Origin: Octopus sinensis
Taxonomy: Eukaryota
Reading direction: 5' to 3'
DNA: 64,000 nt
NCBI RefSeq assembly: GCF_006345805.1
Contig: NC_043017.1
Coordinates: 1,054,001 to 1,118,000 of the forward strand
Positions within the stretch are counted from its first letter, which is position 1. Each line of letters begins with the position of its first letter. Positions 29,857 to 43,821 of the stretch are shown one piece after another. The position numbers and the translations under genes are program-made. The notes beneath the pieces were generated by a model. The model saw only the letters and a program-made list of their open reading frames with translations, was not told the DNA's origin and ran no database searches.

Positions 29857-29976
29857 GAAGAGTACTTTCAATATTTTTAAGGAGCGAATTAAGCCATTTT
29901 CGAAAGTCATTTTCTTTCAGAAAGTTTGGCATTTTATTGGAGATATGAACGAATGACCCATTTCTTTTATTTGTCA

Positions 29977-30392
29977 GGTGTAGATGTGACTGCGTCGTAA
30001 GTAGATTACTTACGAACCACATAGCTCCGGGTTCAGTCCCACTACGTGGCACCTTGGCAAATGTCTTCTACTATAGCCTCGGGCCGACCAAAGCCTTGTG
30101 AGCGGATTTGGTAGACGGGAACTGAAAGAAGCTCGTCGTATATATGTATATATATATAAATATATATGTATGTATGTATGTGTTTATATATGTTTGTGTG
30201 TCTGTGTTTATTCTCTCAACATCGCTTGACAATCGATGCTGGTGTGGTTAAGTCCCCGTAACTTAGCGGTTCATCCAAAAAGACCGATAGAATAAGTACA
30301 AGGCTTACAAAGAATAAGTCCTGGGGTCGATTTGCTTGAGTAAAGGCGGTGCTCCAGCATGGCCACAATCAAATGACTGAAACAAATAAAAG
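29977..30392 (+). mobile_element. Composite SINE with internal microsatellite
   Basis: gggttcagtcccactacgtggcaccttggcaaatgtc head; ggcggtgctccagcatggcc 3' module. Confidence 0.75.
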
Positions 30393-33300
30393 CGTATATT
30401 TATTTAGTAATCTTTCCTGCATGCATACGCGTTCAGTTCTTGAAGCATTCTCCAGTACTACTCTTTCTGAGTTCAAATTCCGCCGAGGTCGACTTTACCT
30501 TTCAACCTATGGGGATCGATTAAATAAGTACCAGTTATGCACTGGAGTCGATGTAATCCACTTAATCCCTTCGTCTGTCATTGTTTGTCCCCACTATGTT
30601 TAGCCCCCTGTAGGCATTAAAGAAATACAAAAATGCGTGGTGGCATTATTTGCGATAGAAGTGGCTGTGGTTGTAATGTGTTAGAAATGTTAGTGTTGAA
30701 TGTAGCTCTGTGGTAGCGATGTTGATGTGATAGTGTTGGCGGTAGTACTGGCACTTGTCGTGTTAGCGGTATGAATAACGATAAAATGTACTTAAATATT
30801 CGATAGTAGTGAATTTCATAAATTTAATATATATTACATATTAAGTGACATGAAGTCTATTTGACATTCCTGGCGCAGTAAAAGACACGTACTTTTATGA
30901 ATTTATCGAACTGTCATCTCAGACAACTTCCCAAAAGGTTCACAGTCTTTTGTTTACGAAACGACAGCCCAAAGTTTTGAGAGATAGCAATTCAGTATTG
31001 TGTTGATATTGTTTGGGAAATAGATTTAATTTGCAGATTACGCGGATCTCGGGCTACATCTCTTCGTCCTGATTGGATGATACATTGTCTTTGTGTACAG
31101 CTATTATTAGGATAGGAACGAAGTTACGATATATGAAATTTGAATGTAGCTGACAAAATGCTTTCTCTTAGCTAGCTGTACAGCTGCATATATTCGCATT
31201 CGAACATACATTTGTATCGATATATGTCCTTACAACAACACAGAAATATCAAATCTAGTTTAGCCTCAGCACACACACATACACACCTTGTTATCCTTTA
31301 TTATTACCATTCCTTTATCTCTTTTCATCACCTTCTATTCTTCCCTACCCAATACACACAGAACTACTCACATACCCCAACGAACTTTTTGATTGGTGAA
31401 AATTGATAAACATCTTTCAGTTATACATTCTTTGTTTCCAACTGTAATGGTAAATCCCCTGTTGAAATGGATCTATGATCCACTCGATGTCCAAGGATAC
31501 TACGACTGTACTATAATCATCCCAGAAATAGGGACTCTGATCGTAAGAAATGTGTGACTTCTGGAAACACGCGTAGCCATACTTTGAAGTATTTATAAAT
31601 TCCATCCGTGGATTATTATTATTATTATTATTATTATGTATCTATAATATAGGATTGTATGAATGTAAGTATGTGTTACTACTTCCTTGCTTTGACTCCG
31701 TGTGAAACTTGGAAGCAAATGTCATTGTCGTGTAAGCACTGCTATACATTACACACAACATGTGCACTTCTCTTGAAAGCATCAGTCAATATTTATCGAT
31801 TATTATGTGGAGGCTAGTTTTGCAATGCTTACACACACACACACACAGACACACACACACACACACATATATTTATATATGCGTACATGTGTTTGTATGT
31901 ATGCATATAAATATGTATACATATGTTAAATTCAAATTACGATGAACGTAAACAAACATATATATATATATGCATATATATCTGTGTTTACATACACAAA
32001 TGCACACGCACGCGCGCACACACACAGATATATATATATTGCAACCCTTTCATAATGTCTCTGTTACTCACCTTGCTAAACAGAATATGAAATATTTACT
32101 AAAGTTCAATATAAACAAATGATCTTTCATTGTTTTTGTTCAGGCTTATGCCCCAGTCGTCACGCACTTTCACAACAGGTATTGGTTTGTTTACGTCACC
32201 ATAAGCTATCGGCTCGAGAAAATGTGATAGATGCCGGGCAAGAATAACGACTAGTGATGTAGATTTGTTCGACTAAACTGTCACAGCATGGCCGCAGCAC
32301 ATGAATTGAAGCAAACGAAAGAATGTCTCAAGACAGTCATGTCATGTGAAACCTCGCCAAATATTTTGAAGAAAATAGCTGCACTTATGATCATCCATAA
32401 TCGCAGTATATTCCGACTGCCAAGAACTCTCTGCCATTTCTGTAAAATACGTAAAAGATTAGACATAATCCGATTACACAACTGGATAAATATATAACGA
32501 TTATATTCTGACGTGACCCTTGCAGAAAATGCATCGCATTAAATATAAATATAAGAAAATTTCAGCTTATAATGCTTCATCAATTTCGGATTTAAAAGAG
32601 AAGATATGGATATGGATACGGGACACAAGGGCAGATTATGGGGAAAAATTGGCCGAAATCACGCTTGACCGATTAGCCAGATTAATGGTGTATTGAAAGC
32701 AAGGCGGGGAATATAGCAAAGTATTTAGCATTATAAATTCGATATTTATAGTTCTGTAAACTGTACGAAATTTGTTTATGCATTTCATTATAAAATTCGT
32801 TATTTGGCTTCCATTTATAACTGAAATAAATATATTCTATGGAAAGAATAGCTTGTATTAGTTGTAGCTGTACATTAGCCCCGAGTTAGCCCTATTTAAG
32901 TATAACAAGGAGAACCAAAATGCATCCTGGGTATGACCTAACATTTGTGTGGTTTAACTCTTGTAGAAGAATACATAGGTAGAGGTAAAGATATAGTGGA
33001 ATTGGTATGGGAAAAGAATATTGTGTATGAATCTTAGTTGTCAGTTCGCCACGAATCAGTTCCTTTTGAGGATATCTACGATAACAGTTGCTCTCGCTAT
33101 GGCCATTCTGATTTCTTTATTTTCTGAGCAAAAGCGGTAGCCAAGAATATATTATACAATGGTTTTATCCTTTATAAAAGGCTTCAAGATGCATCATGTT
33201 TTTAAGAAATTGCGGAATTTTGGTTTAAGCACGCCACATAACACTTCATGAATTATTTTTAGACTTTGGAATTTTCGAAAAGTTTTGCAAATTTGTATTT

Positions 33301-34037
33301 TACACACGGGAATTCACATGACTATGAAAATAAAACAAATAATTCGATGTAATGTTTCGATTTTTTTAAAAATCAGTTTCAAATACTGGCAGACCGAAAT
33401 TTTGGCTTAAATCCCAGCAATAGATCATCAAATGTATTTATGGGGAGAAAAAGTTTGAAAAGTATCAATACATCCGACTGACACACAAAGGAGGAAGGGA
33501 TGCGATGGTCATCTGATGTGCTAAAAATAACAGCTAAATATCCCTTAAATCAAGGAACAAAATTTATTATTATTATTCATTTCTGTCTTTTTTGCATATT
33601 CATATCAATCACCGAGTGTAAAACACAAATTCGAAAAAAATTTCTTGAAATTCCCAAAAATAAAACTGTATGAGGGGTTAAGCAGAACTCCGCGTTGGAA
33701 ACACTTTCTTGCTTGTTGTGTAAAGATGCGGAAATATAAATGCACCAAACACTATGGAGAGTGTCCTAAAAGACTTATGTAGTTTTCATTTCTCAGGGAT
33801 TGTGTCTTACGTTACACTACATAGTTTTATTCATTAGTGATGGAAGTGTGGAATTTTAAGGAATATTGGCTGCCATTTTTACATTTCTAGTAGGAGCAAT
33901 GATTAATTTTATGAGTATATACAAGTTTACGTAAATATATGAATGTGTTGGTACGTGCGTGTGATATTCTGCGTCTCTGTGCATGTTGTGTTTTCTTTTC
34001 TTTATATGATTAGCAAAGATATATATATATATATATA

Positions 34038-34112
<75 letters not shown>

Positions 34113-34122
34113 TGTTTATATG

Positions 34123-34505
34123 CTCTTACTCGTTTCAGTCTTTTGACTGCGGCCATGGTGGAGCACCGCTTTTAGTCGAGAAAATGAACCTCAAGATTTA
34201 TTCTTTGTAAGCATAGTACTTATTCTATCGATCTTTTTTGCCGAACCTCTAGATTACGGGGACGTAAGCACAACAACATCGGTTGTCAGGCGATGTTGGG
34301 GGGGACACAAACACGCAAGCACACACGCATATATAGACATATACATATATACGACGGGATTCTTTCAGTTTCCATCTAACGAATCCACTCACAAGGCTTT
34401 GGACGGGCCGAGGCTACAATAGAAGACACTTTCCCAAGGTGCCACGCAGTGGGACTGAACATGGAACCATGTGGTTGGTAAGTAAGCTACTTACCAGAAA
34501 GCCTC
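34123..34505 (-). mobile_element. Composite SINE with internal microsatellite
   Basis: Reverse complement of the 29977-30392 family. Confidence 0.75.
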
Positions 34506-34538
34506 TACTTGTCATATACTCATATATATACTTATATA

Positions 34539-34620
<82 letters not shown>

Positions 34621-35607
34621 TGTATGTACGTACGTATGTATGTATATATGTATGCACACACATCAAACATTTATATGTCGTATAATGTTATATTTACAGA
34701 CAGGCAGAGATGCACGCATACAAAGAACACTAACGTAAGTGCAAATTTAGTTCTGTTTAGCAATAAAAACAAAATACACACACATATCAACACGCATTTA
34801 TTATACGTACAAAGTTTATACTGGCTAAAAGAGACATACACACACACACACTCGTGCAAGCATGTATGCGTGGTAGCACTTGTTCACGCATAAATGCACC
34901 CACATAGGTGCAGTAGCACTCGCTCACCTGACAAATGCATGTAGGTCCGCACGCTAGCACTCGCTCACACGTAAATGCACGCAGGTAATCACGCTAGCAG
35001 GCAGGCTGCTCTTTAGCACACGATCACACACAAACGCACACATTAAACGCGCCAGCAATCTCTCAGGCACAAATGCGGGCAAGTACGCACGCTAGCTCAC
35101 ACTCACACAGAGAATCACATATTGAGAAGTATACAGAAACGAAGAATACAGAATGGAGTTTGATGAGTTGTTACAGCTTTGGAAAGAATACCTCGTAGCA
35201 TGCGTTCTCTCTCACATCTCAGTTCTAAACCCATACAGAACTACTGTGTTTTAGCTTTTGCGGGTCGATAAACCGCAAAAGCTACACTGATGATCTTTTT
35301 TATAATTTTTATTTCCAGAAGAAATCATCCTCAGTTCTTGTGTTGCTAGACAGGAACAGAGTTCATGAGGTAGTGTTTCTATTGGTGCACCGTAGATAAG
35401 AGAAATTACCCTACGAGTCCATCAGCTGTTGGGGCTATATCTAGGTATTGAATCTTGGACACACATTTGAAATGCAAAACTACATGCAGTCATGCATATA
35501 CACAGTCATAAACCGTCGTAATTACATATATATAAATAGTGAGGAGTAGCATTGAACGAATATAGAAACAGGTATTTAGCGTACACATATGTATAGACGT
35601 ACATATA

Positions 35608-35652
<45 letters not shown>

Positions 35653-35719
35653 TTATATATACGTATATGTATATGTACATGTATATATACATACATGCCT
35701 ACACACACAATTATATATG

Positions 35720-35784
<65 letters not shown>

Positions 35785-35803
35785 AACATAGATATGTACA
35801 CAC

Positions 35804-35845
<42 letters not shown>

Positions 35846-36684
35846 CAACAGGATAACACCTCTTGATAACCTGTTGCTTATTTTGATTTTATTCACCTCA
35901 TTTTGAAATTGTACGGATAATACCGGACTAATTTTTCGTGCCTCAACTGATGCATCTGAATCTCAGTTATTTTGTTATACATACATACATACATACATGT
36001 ATATATATGAATTACGAGTTAGAGATTATGCATCCGATTAAGGTATAAATGTATCGGTAGGCACTACTGGTCCATTACCTAACTACGTATACACCTTGCT
36101 GTAAGATTAACAGTTGTTGGTTTAATATATTCAGATATGTTACGAGAAGAAATGGAGGAGCATGTAACAATTACCAGTTGATCATTAGCGTTGAATGATC
36201 ATGGTTTAATTATGGATAAGATAACATCTAATGTTGTTATTTTTTACGTAAACTTACGTTTAACTCGTCCCATCAACAAACATCAGAATGGAGCATTCAT
36301 CTATTCGAAGCAACTGTACACACACGTGCAATCTTTTCAGGATGCAAAAATGTATGCCTAAAGACCTGTCGAAACTTCTCCTTTTTTCCCCTTTCTTTCC
36401 CTTTTTCTTTTCCTTTCCTCTTGTCCCTATTTTCTCCTGGCAAACTTCGATCACACATCAATATTCCTCTGGTAAAGTTCAAATCATTTTGACGACGTTC
36501 GTTACAGTGAACGAGATAAACGCAAGTTTACCTCAAAAATAACAAACTGAAACAGCTGTAAACGTTACTTTAACCATAACTGAAATACGATCATTGAATA
36601 ATAATGATCAACTTCTAATTGTTACACGTTGCTCTATTTCTCCTATATATATGTATATATATATATGTTATATATATATATATG

Positions 36685-36741
<57 letters not shown>

Positions 36742-36849
36742 ATGTATATATATATAGTTAATCCAAACAAGAAAGCACAAATGAAAAAAAACAATAACGC
36801 GAGGACGTGGAACAAATATAGTATTATTGGACGCTCAGGAAAGAAGGAC

Positions 36850-36886
36850 CGTTTAACGTTTCGAGCGGAGCTCTTCGTCGGTAACA
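36850..36886 (-). ncRNA. Degenerate minimal hammerhead-like motif (Penelope-tail type)
   Basis: UGUUA-CCGACGA-A-GAGC(UCC)GCUC-GAAAC-GUU/AAACG. Core is a variant of CUGANGA; stem III is the palindrome ACGU. Confidence 0.4.
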
Positions 36887-37040
36887 TAGCAGAAGGAAAG
36901 ATCCAGAGAAGGGAAGACAGAGGAAAAAAATCGCCAACGGTACACACGCGGTCACACACACACACACATATATATATATAAATATGTATATATATATGTA
37001 TTTCTATATATATATATACATTTACATATATATATATATA

Positions 37041-37099
<59 letters not shown>

Positions 37100-37675
37100 A
37101 TATGTATATATACATTTACCTACACGCATACATCTATACATAAATACATACTCACTCCTACTCATTCACACGCTCGCATATACTTACTCTTTCTCTCTCT
37201 CTCTCTTTGTATATATATGTGTGTATATATAATATATATATATGTACATATATACATACCAATACACACACACACACAACACACACATATATATATATAT
37301 ATATACGGGCAGTATTAACGCATATACATACACTCAACATGCTTACGTATATAATTACCATAAAAATATTTCACCTCTTACTAAAAGGAAATTCGATTTA
37401 ACTTCTTTTGGAATAAATGGCATTTTACCATTGATCCATCGATATATCGATAACTCACATTTATTCTTCAAAATACTTCATTATTCTTTTTTATTCTACG
37501 TAACAAGAAAGAATGAAACTTACTCTTTCAAACGAAAGTAATGGCTGTGTTCCTTTCTATGACTTTTTTCAAGGGAGGTGTTCTGTTTGTTTTTTGCCTT
37601 AATGCTGTATTTTCCCAGGAACCCAAGGAGGCGACAGCAGTTGTGATATTATTATCATTATTATTATTATTATTA

Positions 37676-37721
<46 letters not shown>

Positions 37722-37891
37722 TGCTGCTGTAGCAGAAGCAGCAGCAGAAGCACAAGCAGTAGCAGCGGCGGCAGCAGCAGCAGCGGCAGTAGCAGTAGTA
37801 GTAGTAGCAGTAGTACCATCAGCAGCAGTAGTATTCATGTTGGTGGTGTAGTAGAAGTAGTAGATGTATATATGTTTATATGTATGTGTGA

Positions 37892-37933
<42 letters not shown>

Positions 37934-38824
37934 TCACACACACACTCACACACATACACACCGACATACACATTACACATACGCCCACGCCCACCACCAG
38001 AAACACACACACACACACACTTCGTAGTTATAGTTGTAGTTGTAGCAGTAGTTACAATTTTAGTAATATCAGAGCATTTTTAAAATAGATTTTAATTCAA
38101 TATCTGATTTATTCATTTATTCAGGTGACGCCTGCGCACAAACTATAAAGGTATAAGCCATCCAGGTGAGAGTGTATACTTTGATAATAAATACGACAGT
38201 ACGCACACGTTTGAACACAAACTCGCGTATACAGCTACACACATGAATGTATGAGTTACCTTAAGCATGCACGAAGAATTATGCTCACACATGCATAAAA
38301 TTACATGCATAGGCACGCATATATGCATATATAAATGTGTGTATTGACATATAAATTATGTATATTAGGAATATTTGTTTAAGCATGTTTGTGTGTGTAT
38401 GTTTGTGTTTGTGTGTGTGTGCTGTGTGTGTGTTTGTGTGTGTGTGTTGTGTGTGTGTTTGTGTGTGTGTGTTGTGTGTGTTTGTGTGTGTGTGCTGTGT
38501 GTGTGTTTGTGTGTGTGTGTTGTGTGTGTGTTTGTGTGTGTGCATGTGCTGAGCATTCAACACCATTCTATGTATATTTTTCCCAATCAGTGTATTTAAC
38601 AAGGCCTATTGTTTCAAGAGGTAATTATATTATTTGGCTGTAATTTCTCGTAACCCGTGTTTTAAAATACCGTATAGTATATATATATGTATGTATGTAT
38701 ATATACATATATATATATGTGTGTGTGTGAGTGTAGTTGGTTGGTTGTGGGTGTGTGCGTATGTGTATATGTGCGTGTGTGTGAGTGTGTGTATATATAT
38801 ATATACACACACACATATACGTTT

Positions 38825-38855
<31 letters not shown>

Positions 38856-38877
38856 ATATATATATATATATAATAAA

Positions 38878-39082
38878 TATTAGGGAATAAATCCAAATTT
38901 ACAGGGAAAAAATCAGATTTAGGATTAAATCGATTTATAGTAAAATATTATAAAATATATTCGAGACAAAACCACTATTTTGCAAAACAAACAAGGAAAG
39001 ACTTAATCAATACATAATAAAATTTATGTATTGATTAAGTCTTTCCTTGTTTGTTTTGCAAAATAGTGGTTTGTCTCGAATA

Positions 39083-39090
<8 letters not shown>
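38878..39090. mobile_element. Fold-back fragment of the Penelope-like terminal repeat
   Basis: Same gggaataaatccaaa..acagggaaaaa..tcagatttagg end as 44830. Arms 38958-39017 and 39024-39082 around a 6-nt loop. Flanked by (AT)n. Confidence 0.65.
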
Positions 39091-39164
<74 letters not shown>

Positions 39165-40050
39165 TTCTAAATATCTGAACGGGAGACATTCAGTAACATT
39201 ACTCTAGAGTAAAAGCTTATTTGCCAACATAATATGGCGGTCCTAGTTGATACTGTTATATACTCCAACTGGCTATATGCGACACTATCTGCGTCCTTAT
39301 ATTTTCGAACAAGGGAGTTTAGCGTCCGTCGTGTTGCCAGCTGGAGATACTGTTTCCTGGGGCTGATTATAAATAACAATTGTCCTAACCAGTTTTGTCA
39401 TATTATGTTGGCAAATACCCTTTTCTCTAGAGTACTGCAACCGAATGTCTCTCGGTGAGAGGTTTTGAATTAATAATTTTCTATTTATTAGATTGCGGTG
39501 CCATCTCTAGCCGAGCGGTTATTCTGTGCTGATCAAAGAAAATAACCCACTCAGCTCTGAGCTGAGTGGGGACGCTAAAATCTCTTGTTCGAAAATATAA
39601 GGACGCAAAAAGTGTAGTCGTATAGTCAGGTAAAGACGATGTTTCCTGGAGCTAAATAACTGTAACGATCCTCCTAAGAGAACTGCTACATAATATTTTC
39701 CAAATAATATTTACTCGAGAATCCTGGTAGTGAATATCTTTCGTTCAGAGATTCAGAAATAATAATTTTCTATTTTTTAGATCAGTGAGTGTGTGTCCCT
39801 TTGAAAAATATATATTTCGTCCTAGCGTTTAGTGAAGTCATCTCTAACTCGGGCAGTTATTCTGTGTTGATGAAGGGAAATGACTCAAACACATGTGTAC
39901 GCAGATATTGATCTGAGCTGAGTTGGGAGGAAACAGTCCCTTGTTCGAAAAAATAAGGACGCCAATAGTATGTCGTATAGCCAGGTAGAGACGATGTTAC
40001 CTGGGGCTAAATAACAGGCCAAACCAGGATAGCAACATTACGTTGGCAAA
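39165..40050 (+). repeat. Decayed ~340-360 bp tandem repeat with an inverted 5' copy and hammerhead relics
   Basis: cccttgttcgaaaa..taaggacgc occurs direct at about 39580 and 39940 and inverted at about 39295-39330. HHR relic CUGUG-UUGAUGA...AAAC-ACAUGU-GUA-CGCAG at 39862-39904. Confidence 0.55.
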
Positions 40051-40086
40051 TATATAATATATATTATAATATATATATATATTATA

Positions 40087-40152
<66 letters not shown>

Positions 40153-40169
40153 ATATATATATGTATATA

Positions 40170-40315
40170 TATGTTCTTTCTGTGTTCCTTTCTGTTGAAG
40201 AGCATAGGTCGAAACGTTAAAGACTTTTTTCAATTCCCGAAAGTTATACCAATAAATCTGTTTCTTTTCTACACCGCCTGTTTTCGTCTTTTGCTTTTTT
40301 GTGAATTTTCCCTAT
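40170..40315 (+). mobile_element. Short Penelope-tail-like repeat with a hammerhead-like motif
   Basis: CUUU-CUGUUGA-A-GAGC..GGUC-GAAAC-GUU/AAAG at 40188-40222. A second copy lies on the minus strand at about 49030-49185 (motif 49125-49160). Confidence 0.45.
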
Positions 40316-40327
40316 ATGTATATATAT

Positions 40328-40376
<49 letters not shown>

Positions 40377-40382
40377 TATATA

Positions 40383-40427
<45 letters not shown>

Positions 40428-40467
40428 TGATATATATATTATATATATCTATGTATAATATGTATAT

Positions 40468-40579
<112 letters not shown>

Positions 40580-40598
40580 ATACATGTCGACAAAAATG

Positions 40599-40748
40599 AC
40601 AGATGGTGCTGACTTGCACCGCATTTGAGAAAGTTAAAATGACGCAAAACCACAAAACCATTGAATTTAATTTTAACCATTTTAACTATATTGAAAAGTA
40701 ATTTAACTCTTAATTTTAGGAAATGCGGTGCTAATGAGTACCATCTGT
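40599..40748. mobile_element. Small MITE-like element
   Basis: 28-bp imperfect inverted termini acagatggtgctgacttgcaccgcattt / aaatgcggtgctaatgagtaccatctgt. Confidence 0.55.
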
Positions 40749-41468
40749 AACCACTATTAATTCTCTCTCGGACACCTCCGTGAACAGGAATTAAACTTCT
40801 CTCTTCGCTCCTTTGCTCCACATGGGCTAAACTCCCCTCCTCTCTTCATCTGACACCTACACTCATACCTACACTCATCTGACTCCTTCACTCATACTTA
40901 CCTCTCCTTTCCTCTCTTGCTCTGACACTTACTTCCTCTCTTCATTATTCATTGATACCCCCTCTGCCTACCACCTACACTCCATACCCACTAACACATA
41001 CCCCACCAACGCACAATCATATCTGAAACTGGGTATATACATATAGGCGCAATCATACAATCGTGGAAGAGAAAAAAGAAGAAACACCTATTGATGCACA
41101 TGTGTTGCTATCTATCTATGTATATACATATATATATATACAATTACATTCACAGTCTGTTTGGTCGTGTGGGAGGAAGTATTTGTGAGATGAAGTGAAA
41201 AAGTATTTTAAAATACAGTTGAAATGATATATTGGAAAATGTATGAAAGCAACATGTGAAAATGACACAATGCAATACAAGGAAATGCAATACTAACTCA
41301 CACACAGATACACCTTATACATATTATGTGTACATATACACATAAATAATTCATAAACATTTGCAGGTATATATGCAAAAGAAATATAACTATTTTTCTA
41401 CATCTGTCACTTTTTATTAACCTGTCTATCATGGTATTGCACATGTCTTTACACACACACATACAAAC

Positions 41469-41516
<48 letters not shown>

Positions 41517-42279
41517 AATATAACACACACACACACACCATATATATATATATATATGGAATATAACACACACACACACACACACGTATATATATATATA
41601 TATATATATATATTGTAGGCATCCTTTCTGTCTCGGGAGACAATGGAGTTGCACATAAAATAGTCCAGTTCGGCTTTTACATTTCATGTCCTGATACATT
41701 TCCTGCTGTGGCTTTGTAGTCCTATCCTGGACAAACACATGTATATATGCAAGCTGCTTGAACTATGTACGTTGTGTAAGGAATCGTCTAATAAAAAATG
41801 GAAACCATAAAGAATAAAATATGAAATACTTTGAAATTTAATTGCAGGAAGAAGAAATGTTTGTTAGAAAGTTAGGAAAAGGAATAAAAGCTAATTAAGA
41901 AAGTAGAAAAATATAAGATAGGATTTTTAAAAAAATAGATGCGACGGAGAAAAAAATGGTTGTAGCAGGGATAACGAAATTGCAAAAGCAAATACACGCA
42001 GAATAAAATACAAGAATGAGCGCAAAGAAACAGAGTGAACGGTAAAATACACATTGTATCATTATTCTGTGTTATACAGATGTTTCTACAATGGAGTATT
42101 TTGTATGAATTGAGACAAGTTTGAGAGAATAAGCAGCGAGAGAGGATTATAAATGGACGGAGTATATGTTAAACGTGTTCAGAAAGCTGAGACGTTTCAC
42201 CCTGATTTGTTGAATTTGGTAGGTTTCCTGGGTTTAAGAATAGTGGATTGTTAAATATAATTAGGAGGGACATAGGCTA

Positions 42280-42600
42280 GGCTTGCCACTCTGTCAGTAA
42301 CGATGACCAGTGCTCCCAATGATTCGGCCAACAAAATAGCCTGCTCATGAAGTTAACGTGTACATGGTTGAGTACTCCACAGACATGCGTACATCCAACG
42401 TAGTTCTCAGGGAAATTTAGCGTGACACACATTATGTAGCAAAGCTGGCTGACTGAACTACAGGTACGAATTCCTTTTTGCTAGCTAAGTGGACTGGAGC
42501 AATGTGAAAGTGTCATACTAAAAGACAGAATGCGCACCAGTAATTGAGATCACGGCCACAGGATCTTACATTGAATACACTAACGACTAAACCACAGCCC
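42280..42600 (-). mobile_element. Diverged tRNA-derived SINE
   Basis: Minus strand shows a tRNA-like head (ctgtggtttagtcgttagtgtattc) followed by a tgctccagtccactt CORE-like segment. Confidence 0.5.
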
Positions 42601-43634
42601 TTCAAACGCGTCTTTGGTGGAACTGAAGAATGCTCAATGCATTATTGACCACAAGACGATCTTTATCTCTCATTTCTCGTTTCAGTTGCTGGATTGCGAC
42701 CATGCTGGGTCACCGCCTCGAAATATTTGACTCGAAGAAAGTGACCACGGTAGTTATGTTTTTAAAGGTCTGATATCTATTTTATCGGAATCTTGCGCCA
42801 GGCTGCCATGATAGTGGGATGTAAACAAACCAGCATAGCGTGTCAAGATTTGTAGGAAAAAAATAACTCAAAGAAATTCACACCAACACACACACACGCA
42901 CACACATACAAACATACAAACACACACACACAAACACACACACACACACACACACACAACGGTCTTTCACACAGATTCTCTCCACAAAATTCACTGGCAA
43001 CGCATTAAGCAGCCCTGAGCTATCGTAGAAGCCACTTGCCAAGGTGCAGTTCAGTTGGACTGAACCGGAAAGCAAGTGGTTGGAAGCGAACTTCGTAACC
43101 ACAGTTTTGTCTGAAAGATGATCTTCATCTCATATCTCATTCTTATTTCCGTTACTAGCCTGCGGCGATGCTGGAGCACTGCCTTGAAGTGTTTTAATTG
43201 AAGAAAACGACCCCAATACTTTATTTTTTTCTTTTGCAAGTTCGTATTTTGAGTAGTGAAACTTTAGAACTCGTTGTGGTTCTGTAGCTCATTCTAAGAA
43301 ACTGGAGAATATGCCGAAGATAATGACTATAAGATGGAGGAAAAGGGAAAAGTAGAAATGGCATGACTGAACGACACCAGCATGTATGTGTGTATGTGTT
43401 TTGGGTGAGTGATTTATGTGGCAAGGTGACGTATTCCATTTCAACAAATATAACTTGCTGGCATTATTATTTTATTATAAAATCTGAGAAAGGTTGTTTC
43501 TTCCAGTTCTATATTTAAGAGATGAGGAGTTATGTACATTACTTACATTATTTACATTTGACGGATATTTGTCCTTATCTTGTTTGTTGGGAAATTTCGA
43601 ACCTAGGTTCTCATTCCTAAGCTATTTTTCGATG

Positions 43635-43682
<48 letters not shown>

Positions 43683-43779
43683 TATTATTATTATTTATTA
43701 TTATTATTATTATTATTAACCCCTACGCCATATGCCTCCAGGCATATGGCGTAGTGTTTAAGAGCGTGGGCTACTAACC

Positions 43780-43821
<42 letters not shown>

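Noticed and set aside
36341-36490. Possible Cys-containing exon (ttttcAG|GCKNVCLKTCR), a potential paralogue of the peptide gene
   Set aside because: The frame runs into pyrimidine-rich low-complexity sequence with no donor, and no matching signal-peptide or partner exon was found.
38125-38172. TGACG, MRE-like TGCGCAC, TATAAAG and a CAG|GTGAGA donor-like site clustered together
   Set aside because: The donor lies only about 20 nt after the TATA, before a plausible TSS, and no downstream exon was found. Short motifs like these arise by chance.
43742-43780. tRNA-like 5' half (ggcatatggcgtagtgttaagagcgtgggctactaacccc)
   Set aside because: It is truncated by (AT)n before the T-arm, so it is a SINE head fragment rather than a tRNA gene.
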